Origin: an uncultured Clostridia bacterium
GTDB lineage: Bacteria > Bacillota > Clostridia > Oscillospirales > CAG-382
Reading direction: 5' to 3'
Length of the DNA stretch: 64,000 nt
Assembly (NCBI GenBank): GCA_947626805.1
Contig: CANQTR010000001.1
Span: 11,579-75,578, forward strand
Shown here: positions 15,776 to 23,899 of the stretch, piece by piece
Layout of the letters: the number at the start of each line of letters is the position of its first letter
Position numbering within the stretch: the first letter of the stretch is position 1
The notes under the pieces: model-generated
Told to the model about the DNA's origin: nothing
Seen by the model: the letters and a program-made list of their open reading frames with translations, nothing else
The model's database searches: none
Translations under genes and position numbers: made by a program

Positions 15776-17656
15776 ATGGCCGATTACATCCCGAAATGGC
15801 ATAAAGAGCTTGGCATTTTCTCGAAAATCAAGCCGCTGATTATTTTGGAAGGGAATGTTTTGGACTCGTATCAGTATCCCGTAGAAGGAAGCACCCCGAA
15901 GGGCAGCATTTTGCGCTTGCCCGAATATCTGCACTTTTACTTCAAGGACATGGGATACCAAACCATCGTTTTCTATGATAGCCTGAGAGGTTTCTATAAC
16001 ACTTGCGAGGAAGGCTATCTTGAACGTTTCGCAAAACTCGCCGAAAGTTCCGCAAGCCACGGTTTTATCAAAGCCGATTTCAAAGGCGGCAATAAGAATG
16101 ACGGCGCGGTCAACATTGTTCGTAAAACCCTTTCGCAAAACCGGGAGGCAACCGTTATTGTCATGGATTTTGCGTCTAGGTATATTCCTTCTCCCGACAA
16201 CTTAGACCAAAACGAGGTCGACAGCTTTACCGTACTCCTGCAGGCGTCCCTCGACGCGAAAGATGTAAAGACGGAAAGCAACGGGATTCTGAAAAACCTT
16301 CTCCTATTGATTGCGAATAAAGCAAACGACATCCCCGCCTGGTTCTATTTGCAAAATCCCAATGTAAAGATGATTACGCTTTCCGCTCCGTCCAAAGAAG
16401 AGCGGGAAGCGTTGGTGAAAAGTCAAAACTTCCCCAGTTTCTTTGCGGGCGAAGTCTATGCGGAAGATAGCGTTTATTATGACGCGCACCCGGACGAACT
16501 TACGAAAATCCAGGATAAATTCGTTGCGCTTACCGAAGGGTTCAGCTTTACCGAAATCAACGGCTTGCGAAGACTCTGCAAAAACGAAAGAATCCGTATG
16601 CGGGATTTCTGTGATGTAATTGACTTATATAAGTACGGGATTCGGGAAAATCCATGGAAAAGCCTTGATTTTGAGAAGATTCGAAATGCCAAAGCGGACT
16701 TTGAAAATCGGGTGAAAGGGCAGGACCAAGCGATAACGAAAACGCTTGACGTTGTCAAACGCGCAATCACCGGAATGTCCGGGCTGCAAGGTTCGTCCCA
16801 TACAAGACCAAAAGGGGTTTTATTCTTTGCCGGACCTACGGGCACCGGGAAAACCGAAACGGCCAAAACGCTCGCGGAAATTCTCTTCGGCGATGAAAGC
16901 TGCTGCAAAAGATTTGATATGAGTGAGTATGGGCAAAGCCACAGTGACCAAAAATTGCTCGGAGCGCCTCCCGGATATGTGGGGTATGAGGCCGGTGGAC
17001 AGCTGACCAATGCCGTCAAAAACAACCCGTTCTCGATTTTGCTGTTTGACGAAATCGAAAAAGCGCACCCGTCTATTTTGGACAAGTTCCTGCAAATTCT
17101 CGAGGACGGTCGAATGACCGACGGGCAAGGAAATACCGTCTACTTTTCCGAAACAATCATCATATTCACAAGCAATCTCGGAATTTACACGATGAACGAA
17201 AACGGACAGCGGGAAGCAAACGTCACAAGCGATATGCCATATCGGGAAATATCCGCGCGCGTTCGAGAAGCCATTGAAGCGTATTTCAAATTGCAGCTCG
17301 GTCGCCCCGAAATCCTCAACAGAATCGGAGAGAATATCGTGGTGTTCGACTATATTCGCCCCGAAGTAGCAAAACAGATTCTCAATGCGCAAGTGCAGAA
17401 AATCCTTGCGAATCTGTCTGCCGAAAAACGGATTACGTTAACCATTGCAGACGACGCTATGGCAACTTTAACGGAACACGCTTTAAACAATCTCCAAAAC
17501 GGCGGGCGCGGAATCGGAAATGTCGTCGAGAACCTCTTAATTAATCCGTTGTCGCGATACCTATTTGACAGGGAGATATTCGGTACCGCAAGCATAACGA
17601 TTAATCGCATTGATACCACTGCAACGCCGCCGTCATTGAACTGCACGAAGGGTTGA
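15776..17656 (+). CDS. ClpA/ClpB-D2-like AAA+ ATPase with degenerate N-terminal half
   Basis: ORF 15680.. trimmed to ATG 15776 (GAGAGGAGAAAGG SD). Walker A GPTGTGKT (16832-16855), GAPPGYVGY, Walker B ILLFDEIEKAHP, sensor-1 IIIFTSN, ILNRIGE, and a ClpB D2-small-like tail. The first 330 aa or so have no P-loop. Confidence 0.9.
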   Translation: MADYIPKWHKELGIFSKIKPLIILEGNVLDSYQYPVEGSTPKGSILRLPEYLHFYFKDMGYQTIVFYDSLRGFYNTCEEGYLERFAKLAESSASHGFIKADFKGGNKNDGAVNIVRKTLSQNREATVIVMDFASRYIPSPDNLDQNEVDSFTVLLQASLDAKDVKTESNGILKNLLLLIANKANDIPAWFYLQNPNVKMITLSAPSKEEREALVKSQNFPSFFAGEVYAEDSVYYDAHPDELTKIQDKFVALTEGFSFTEINGLRRLCKNERIRMRDFCDVIDLYKYGIRENPWKSLDFEKIRNAKADFENRVKGQDQAITKTLDVVKRAITGMSGLQGSSHTRPKGVLFFAGPTGTGKTETAKTLAEILFGDESCCKRFDMSEYGQSHSDQKLLGAPPGYVGYEAGGQLTNAVKNNPFSILLFDEIEKAHPSILDKFLQILEDGRMTDGQGNTVYFSETIIIFTSNLGIYTMNENGQREANVTSDMPYREISARVREAIEAYFKLQLGRPEILNRIGENIVVFDYIRPEVAKQILNAQVQKILANLSAEKRITLTIADDAMATLTEHALNNLQNGGRGIGNVVENLLINPLSRYLFDREIFGTASITINRIDTTATPPSLNCTKG

Positions 17657-17659
17657 GGT

Positions 17660-18382
17660 ATGAAGGTCATCGCCATAACGCAAAAAGGTCCAAACAAGTC
17701 GGAAAATGAAGATAGAATCGTCGTCGGGAAATCCGTCCTTGCAGACGGGACCCTCTGTTCCGAAATCAAGGAAGGCGTTATAGCGATTGCGGACGGCGTC
17801 GGCGGGCAAAACGCGGGCGCGTATGCGTCGCAATACGTCGCGGGCAGGCTTTGCACGATAAACGAAATATCCGACAAACGCATGCGGGATATAAACGAAG
17901 AACTGATACGAATTTCCGAGACCCGTGAAAACCTAAACGGAATGGCTACGACTTTATCCGGGGTGCGTATTTCCGAAAGCAAGACGCAATTGTTCGGTAT
18001 CGGTAACACCCGTGTATATCTTCTTCAAAGCGGAAAATACCTCAAACAGCTCACATCCGACGATACGACTTTGCAGTATTTGCTTGCCGCCGGCCAATTA
18101 GCGCCGGGCGACGCGGCGAGGTTTGACAGGAAAAACGAACTCGTCGCTTGTTTCGGAGGCAACTCTCCCGAGCTGTTCAAAATCAAGATACGCGATATGG
18201 AACCGTTTGCCGCGCCGATTGTCCTCAGTTCCGACGGCATACACGACTATTTGACCGTTGACCAAATGGAAGATATTATCGCGTCGTTCGGGCTCTCCGA
18301 AGCCGCGTGTAAGGAACTGATTCGGCTTGCGCGGGAAAACGGTTCATCCGACGACGCGAGTATCGTTTTCGGCGTGGTTTAG
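17660..18382 (+). CDS. PP2C-family Ser/Thr protein phosphatase
   Basis: NEDRIVV, IADGVGGQNAG, GMATTLSG, GNTRVYLL, LSSDGIHDYL, GSSDDASIV (PPM motifs). The start lies 3 nt after the ATPase stop. Confidence 0.9.
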   Translation: MKVIAITQKGPNKSENEDRIVVGKSVLADGTLCSEIKEGVIAIADGVGGQNAGAYASQYVAGRLCTINEISDKRMRDINEELIRISETRENLNGMATTLSGVRISESKTQLFGIGNTRVYLLQSGKYLKQLTSDDTTLQYLLAAGQLAPGDAARFDRKNELVACFGGNSPELFKIKIRDMEPFAAPIVLSSDGIHDYLTVDQMEDIIASFGLSEAACKELIRLARENGSSDDASIVFGVV

Positions 18383-18529
18383 GCCAGACTTCGGTTTTGG
18401 AAACGCGTGCCAATCCTCCGCGGCGCAATGCGCAACTTTTAAAAAACGGGCCTCCCCTTCCGTACGGGTCCGTCCGCATGCGTTTGACGCTTTTCACCCC
18501 GCAAAATACCCTTTCGGAGCCGAAACGGA

Positions 18530-20809
18530 ATGAACGAATTGAAAGAACAAGCCCTTGCAATACTCGGAAAGTTGCTTTATCGGCAGGAACACCCGAAATT
18601 CCGGGAGAATCAAATGCGAATTATCCGTTCCCTGCTCAACGGGAAAAACACGCTTGCGATTCTGCCGACGGGCAGCGGAAAATCCGTGTGCTATCAGGTC
18701 CCCGCGTTTATGCTGCCGGGCGTGACCGTCGTGATTTCGCCGCTGATAAGCCTTATCGAGGACCAGGTAGACGCGCTGCTCGAAAATCCGAACGAGGAAA
18801 TCCGCAAAAAGGTCGCCTGCATTTCCTCCGATTTCATCGCCGACAAGGACGGGAAACACCTTTCCGAGAAAAACCGCAAAACGGGGAAAGCGGAAAAAAA
18901 CCGTTCCCGCCTTTGGAAAGAAGTCCTGCTCGACGCGTCGAAAGGCGCATACAAACTCCTTTACATCACCGCCGAACGGCTCCGACGCGCGGATTTTGTC
19001 CGCTTTATGAGCAACGCGGAAATCGGGCTGTTCGTCGTCGACGAGGCGCACTGTGTCTCGATGTACGGATACGAATTTCGGCCGCGGTACCTCGAAATCG
19101 GCAGAATTTTTGCGAAATCCGGAAAGCGCCCGCCCGTCGCCGCTTTCACCGCAACCGCCACAAAAGCGGTGACCGAGGATATCCTGACCTATCTCGATAT
19201 GAAAAAGCCGAAAATCATAACCGCAGATACGAAAGCGAGAAGGAATCTCCATTACAGCGTTCTGCGCGTTCCCGAATCGGCCGACACGGAAACGAAAGTT
19301 TTCAACCAAAAAATGAAGGCGTTGACGCGCTTTTTGTCCGCTCATCCCGACGAAAGCGGTTTCGTTTACTGTACGACCGTGAAAACCGTCAACAAGGTGT
19401 TCAAATCCCTTTCCAAAGCGGGGTATTCCGTGACGCGGTATTACGCATCCCTCGCGCAATCCCCCGAAACGGAGGAAAGCAAGGACGACAACTTCAGGAA
19501 ATTCCTTGACGGCGAAAAAAAGATTATCGTGTCGACCACGGCGCTCGGAATGGGCATAAACAAAACCGACGTGCGGTTCGTCGTGCACTTCAACCTGCCC
19601 CTCTGCATGGAAAACTACGCGCAGGAATCGGGGCGCGCGGGACGCGACGGAAAAGACGCTTACTGTATGCTCCTCTATCATCCGTCCGATAAGAATACTT
19701 GCGAAAAACTTGTGAACCAAACCGTATTTTCAAGCAACCTTTCGGAGGGCGACAAAGCGAAGCGGAAACGAATCTCCGATTTGCGGCTGGAACGGATGCG
19801 GCACTTTGCCGAAACCGGCGAAAACAAGTCGAGCGACGAACTGCAAGCCGAAATGCTCGCGTATTTCGACAATTTCGACCCGCGCGACGGCGCGCTCGAC
19901 CTCGACCGCAAGAAACTCGACGTCTACAAAACCGTCCGCAAAATCGACGTTCTTTACTGCAACCGCACCGATGTGGCGTGGCATATCCGACGGGGGATTT
20001 GCAGCGCGGAAAACCTGAACGTATCGTCCTCTTCCCATTACACGGTTTCCTTTCGCGTCACGGACGAGAACGGAAAAACGGATGCGGGAATGCTTTCGTA
20101 TTTCGATATGATGATTGCCGACGCCGTCTACACGCTGCAATTTCACCGCAAAAAAAGGGTGACGGCAAGAGCCGTCATGGGGATTTTGGCGGGCGACGCG
20201 TCGCTTACGCTCCGTCCCGACCGAAAAGAGCGCGTAGAGCAGAGCATCCTGAAAATGCTCCGCATGCACATCGAAATCGACCGACGCAACTCCGTTTCCG
20301 TCGGGTATGCCTACGAAAACGAAAACAAAGCCGCCGTACTCTCCGGCAAATTTCTGCCGCTTGCGGCGAACGCGAAGGGCGGTTTCGATTTTATCGACGG
20401 CGCGCCTTTTCCGCTTTACGAGTACGCGGAACTCACAAACGGGCAGTTTTACACGTTTCCGTTCAAGGCGCTCAAAAACATCGCGCGTCCCGCGAGCGAC
20501 AGCAACCTTGCACTCCTGCACTATCTTTTGTGCAGAATCGATATGATGAGTTCGCCGCAAAAAAAGCGACGGACAACCAATCGGATACGGATGGATACGG
20601 TTTTCGAAGTTCTCGGCGTATCGCTTCCGGAGGACCCCTACGAAAGGGCGCGAAAAGAGGAAACCGTTTCGCAAAAAATCGCCGGGATGCTCGACGGACT
20701 CAAGGCGATTGACCGCATTGCGACATGGACGGTCGAACGCGAAAACGGCGTGCGGATTTTTACGATTAAGAAGTGGATTTACGATGCTCCCGACGTCATA
20801 TCTCTATAA
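18530..20809 (+). CDS. RecQ-family DEAH helicase with atypical C-terminal 330 aa
   Basis: LPTGSGKSVCYQVPA, VVDEAHCVSMYGYEFRPRY, TATAT, GMGINKTDVRFVVHFNLP, YAQESGRAGRDG. I see no Cys4 zinc module or HRDC-like motif after motif VI. Confidence 0.88.
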   Translation: MNELKEQALAILGKLLYRQEHPKFRENQMRIIRSLLNGKNTLAILPTGSGKSVCYQVPAFMLPGVTVVISPLISLIEDQVDALLENPNEEIRKKVACISSDFIADKDGKHLSEKNRKTGKAEKNRSRLWKEVLLDASKGAYKLLYITAERLRRADFVRFMSNAEIGLFVVDEAHCVSMYGYEFRPRYLEIGRIFAKSGKRPPVAAFTATATKAVTEDILTYLDMKKPKIITADTKARRNLHYSVLRVPESADTETKVFNQKMKALTRFLSAHPDESGFVYCTTVKTVNKVFKSLSKAGYSVTRYYASLAQSPETEESKDDNFRKFLDGEKKIIVSTTALGMGINKTDVRFVVHFNLPLCMENYAQESGRAGRDGKDAYCMLLYHPSDKNTCEKLVNQTVFSSNLSEGDKAKRKRISDLRLERMRHFAETGENKSSDELQAEMLAYFDNFDPRDGALDLDRKKLDVYKTVRKIDVLYCNRTDVAWHIRRGICSAENLNVSSSSHYTVSFRVTDENGKTDAGMLSYFDMMIADAVYTLQFHRKKRVTARAVMGILAGDASLTLRPDRKERVEQSILKMLRMHIEIDRRNSVSVGYAYENENKAAVLSGKFLPLAANAKGGFDFIDGAPFPLYEYAELTNGQFYTFPFKALKNIARPASDSNLALLHYLLCRIDMMSSPQKKRRTTNRIRMDTVFEVLGVSLPEDPYERARKEETVSQKIAGMLDGLKAIDRIATWTVERENGVRIFTIKKWIYDAPDVISL

Positions 20810-20966
20810 AAACATAAGAGTTTTTGCGGTTTCGGCAGGTCATTTTTCTTGCAAATACGCTGTTTTTTCGGTGATGCGAACGCATATATGTTTATCTGTT
20901 TCGCCTCACATGCCTACGAAAAGAAACCGAATCCTGTGAGGCACCCATGCGAAGCATGGGAAGTAC

Positions 20967-20997
20967 AGTCCGAAGAAATCTTCGGACTATTTTTTTA
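20967..20997 (+). terminator. rho-independent terminator
   Basis: AGTCCGAAG-AAAT-CTTCGGACT followed by ATTTTTTT. It is preceded by two more hairpins at 20903-20942 and 20944-20960. Confidence 0.7.
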
Positions 20998-21206
20998 TGG
21001 AACCGCCGCAATTCCCTTGCAATCGTATGATACGCGGCGGCGCGCCCGCTCGGCGGGCGTTTTTTCTTTGTTTCCGCGTTTTCGTTTATTGCTTTGCGTT
21101 GGGCGCTTTTCTTTCGTTCGGTGCAACACGATGCCTTCGGCATCCGGGTATTCCTTTGAAGGTTTCAAATTACTGTAAAATCAATATCTAAAAAAGGAGA
21201 ACACTT

Positions 21207-21809
21207 ATGAAAATCTTTACACCCTGTATCATCCGAGAAACCGCAAGCGGTCTGAACCGCGTTCCAATCGAGGACGAACTGATGCGTTCGCGGGAAATCT
21301 TCCTCACCGGCGAAGTGGACGCGGAATCCATGGGCAGCCTGCTCAAGCAGCTCATGTTTCTCAATCACGAATCCCCCGACGAGGAAATCACGCTCTATAT
21401 CAACAGTCCCGGCGGCGAAGTCGACAGCGGTTTCGCGGTGTACGACTACATCAAGGTCATGCCCGCGCCCCTGAGAACGGTATGCGTCGGATTGGCGGCG
21501 TCGATGGGCGCCATCCTCTTCCTCGCGGCGCAAAAACGCGAAATGTTCCCGCATTCGAAAATCATGATTCACGACCCCGCGCCCGGCGGCGGTTCGCTCG
21601 CCGGAATGAAGCCCGCTCAGCTGGAGGACTATCTGTCCTCGCTGAAAAAGGTGCAAAAGGTCCTCGGCGACACGATTGCGAGCGCAACCGGTCAGACGCG
21701 CAAGTGGGTGCTGACAAAAACCAAGAAGGATACGTATTTTGACGCCGACGAGGCTTTGAAATACGGTCTTGCCACCAAAATCATCACGGAAAAGGAGCCT
21801 ATCCGATGA
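21207..21809 (+). CDS. clpP: ClpP-family serine protease subunit (accessory paralogue)
   Basis: YINSPGGEV, catalytic Ser in GLAASMGAILF, His in IMIHDP, AAGGAGAA SD. Bona fide ClpP-like over its whole length. Confidence 0.88.
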   Translation: MKIFTPCIIRETASGLNRVPIEDELMRSREIFLTGEVDAESMGSLLKQLMFLNHESPDEEITLYINSPGGEVDSGFAVYDYIKVMPAPLRTVCVGLAASMGAILFLAAQKREMFPHSKIMIHDPAPGGGSLAGMKPAQLEDYLSSLKKVQKVLGDTIASATGQTRKWVLTKTKKDTYFDADEALKYGLATKIITEKEPIR

Positions 21810-22555
21810 AAACAATCGCTTATCCGCACGCCACCATCCCCTTCGCGGAAAAACTCCGCCGAATCAAAAAGGGATTCGCGACGGAACCGTTTCTCTCCGC
21901 GCTTCACACGGTGCGTTTCGTGAATACGCCGGCGCTTTCCGCGGCGAAAGTCTTGGACGACGAGTCGATGACGAATCGCGAAGCCATGTATAACGCGTTG
22001 CGGAAGGAATTCCCGCGCGAAGACCCGGTCGGCGTCACATTCGGCGTCATCGCCGAGCGGCTTGCCGCGTCGTTGCGCTATCCCTTGACGGAAAGCCTCA
22101 AAAGACTCGCGGAGGCGTATTTTCATTGCCTGAACGACGCGGAATATCTCGCCTCGGAAGATGGTCGCAAGTATCAAGGCGACCACGATTTGATGCCGGC
22201 GTATACGTTCCTGCAAGCCGTTTCCCATTCCGAATACGAGAGCTTTCTCCGGTTCATCGAGGGAGCGTCCTATCAAAAGAACGCACGCGCACGGGAAGAA
22301 AGCCTTCGCGCCCTCGGGATTTCGCCGTCCGACGAGACCTCGCTCGGCGATATCTATACGGCTTTCGTTTGCCGGAATCTCCCGGACGAAGGTCCTCCCG
22401 GAATGAATCTTGCAACGATACGAAATTACTACGGCTCGCTCGTCGACCTGTTCATCATACCGATAGCCGAAATCTCGCAAATTCACATCGACACGAACGA
22501 ATTTCTTGACACCAAAATGATAAAAATCAAGGAGGCGACCAATCATGGTCAATAA
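21806..22555 (+). CDS. hypothetical protein (249 aa)
   Basis: ATGA overlap with clpP and an 11-nt overlap with the next gene. Codon usage is coherent with its neighbours. No motif recognised. Confidence 0.7.
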   Translation: MKTIAYPHATIPFAEKLRRIKKGFATEPFLSALHTVRFVNTPALSAAKVLDDESMTNREAMYNALRKEFPREDPVGVTFGVIAERLAASLRYPLTESLKRLAEAYFHCLNDAEYLASEDGRKYQGDHDLMPAYTFLQAVSHSEYESFLRFIEGASYQKNARAREESLRALGISPSDETSLGDIYTAFVCRNLPDEGPPGMNLATIRNYYGSLVDLFIIPIAEISQIHIDTNEFLDTKMIKIKEATNHGQ

Positions 22556-23855
22556 AAACAGAAGCAATTACAAAGGCGAGCACATTCTCGCCGCCGGCGT
22601 TCGCACAAACACCGACACATGGGAAACGGGAATCAACAACAACGTGCTGATTATCGGTCCGTCGGGCGCCGGCAAAACGCGCGGATACGTCAGACCGAAC
22701 ATCGAGAACGGAAACGAAAGTCTCATCGTGTCCGACACCAAGGGCAACCTTTACCGCGCCCTCGCGCCGTCGCTGAAGCGACGCGGTTACAAAGTCGCGA
22801 AAATCAATTTCAACGACCTTGCGGGCGGTTACGGATACAACCCTTTGGATTATATCCGATACGACCCCGAGAAGGGAACGTACAGCGAACAGGACATCTT
22901 GAGCCTTACAAGCGCGCTGATTCCCCTCACCAGCTTGAAGGACCCGTATTGGGATTATGCCGCGAGGCAGTACCTGCAGGTTCTGATCCCGTACGTTCTC
23001 GAAGCCCTGCCCGAAAGCGAGCATACGCTCGAATACGTGAGCAAACTTGCGCCTCTCATGGGAACGCCCGGGTTCCGGCAACTGATAAACGAACTTGCCA
23101 TGCTAAAGCCGAACGGCACGACCCTGATGCGGTACAACGCGGCAAGCGTGATTACAAGAGCGGAAAAAATGGACGCGAGCATCCGGGGAATCCTTTCGAC
23201 GAACCTCGACCCGCTTTGCTTCGACGACGCGCTCGCGCTGTACTCGAAACCCGAAAAGCTCGACTTTGCGTCGCTCGGTCGCGAAAAGACAGCCGTGTTC
23301 CTCACCATCAGCGACATCGACCGTTCGCTCGACAAACTCGCGGTCATCTTTGTCATGCAAGCCATTCAGACTCTTTGCAGGGAGGCGGACGCCTGTCCGG
23401 ACAGCTGCCTGCCGGTCCCCGTGCGGATTTACCTCGACGATTTCGCCACCAACGCGACAATTCCGAATTTTGACAACATCATCTCGGTGATTCGTTCCCG
23501 CGAAATCTACGTCAGCATCGTCCTGCAAAGCATCGCGCAACTCGATACCCTGTACGGCACGTCGGCGGCGCAAACAATCATCAACAATTGCGACCAGATG
23601 GTCTATCTGGGCGGTCAGGATATCGCGACGGCGGAATACATCAGCAAGAAGACGAATAAACCGCTGCACAGCATCCTGTGTATGCCGCTTGACAAGGCTT
23701 ACGTCTTCGTGCGCGGCAGAACGCCGGTCTTTGGAAACAAATACGTTCCCGAACCCGAACCGCGGAGCAAGGTCGACGAGCCGGACAGAACCGGACGCGG
23801 AACGGACCGTTTCGCCGAAACCCCGGAGCCCGCCCCCGAAATGGCGACAGCCTGA
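22545..23855 (+). CDS. VirD4/TraG-family type IV coupling-protein-like ATPase lacking the N-terminal membrane anchor
   Basis: Walker A IIGPSGAGKTRG, Walker B RIYLDDFATNATIPNFDNIISVIRSREIYVSIVLQSIAQL...NNCDQMVYLGGQD (typical T4CP C-terminal block). No TM helices. Confidence 0.8.
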   Translation: MVNKNRSNYKGEHILAAGVRTNTDTWETGINNNVLIIGPSGAGKTRGYVRPNIENGNESLIVSDTKGNLYRALAPSLKRRGYKVAKINFNDLAGGYGYNPLDYIRYDPEKGTYSEQDILSLTSALIPLTSLKDPYWDYAARQYLQVLIPYVLEALPESEHTLEYVSKLAPLMGTPGFRQLINELAMLKPNGTTLMRYNAASVITRAEKMDASIRGILSTNLDPLCFDDALALYSKPEKLDFASLGREKTAVFLTISDIDRSLDKLAVIFVMQAIQTLCREADACPDSCLPVPVRIYLDDFATNATIPNFDNIISVIRSREIYVSIVLQSIAQLDTLYGTSAAQTIINNCDQMVYLGGQDIATAEYISKKTNKPLHSILCMPLDKAYVFVRGRTPVFGNKYVPEPEPRSKVDEPDRTGRGTDRFAETPEPAPEMATA

Positions 23856-23867
23856 ACCAATCCTTGC

Positions 23868-23899
23868 AAAAGCCCGAACCAACCGGTTCGGGCTTTTTT
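23868..23899. terminator. bidirectional rho-independent terminator between convergent genes
   Basis: AAAAGCCCGAACC-AACC-GGTTCGGGCTTTTTT. Confidence 0.8.

Noticed and set aside
11495-18382. A type VI secretion regulatory locus (PpkA/PppA/Fha/ClpV).
   Set aside because: No TssB/C, Hcp, VgrG, TssM or baseplate genes appear in 64 kb, and the gene content is Gram-positive-like. Only the regulatory logic is shared.
21207-21809. ClpP as a prophage prohead protease.
   Set aside because: No portal, scaffold, major capsid or terminase genes flank it, and the sequence is full-length housekeeping-type ClpP, not the shorter phage S14 type.
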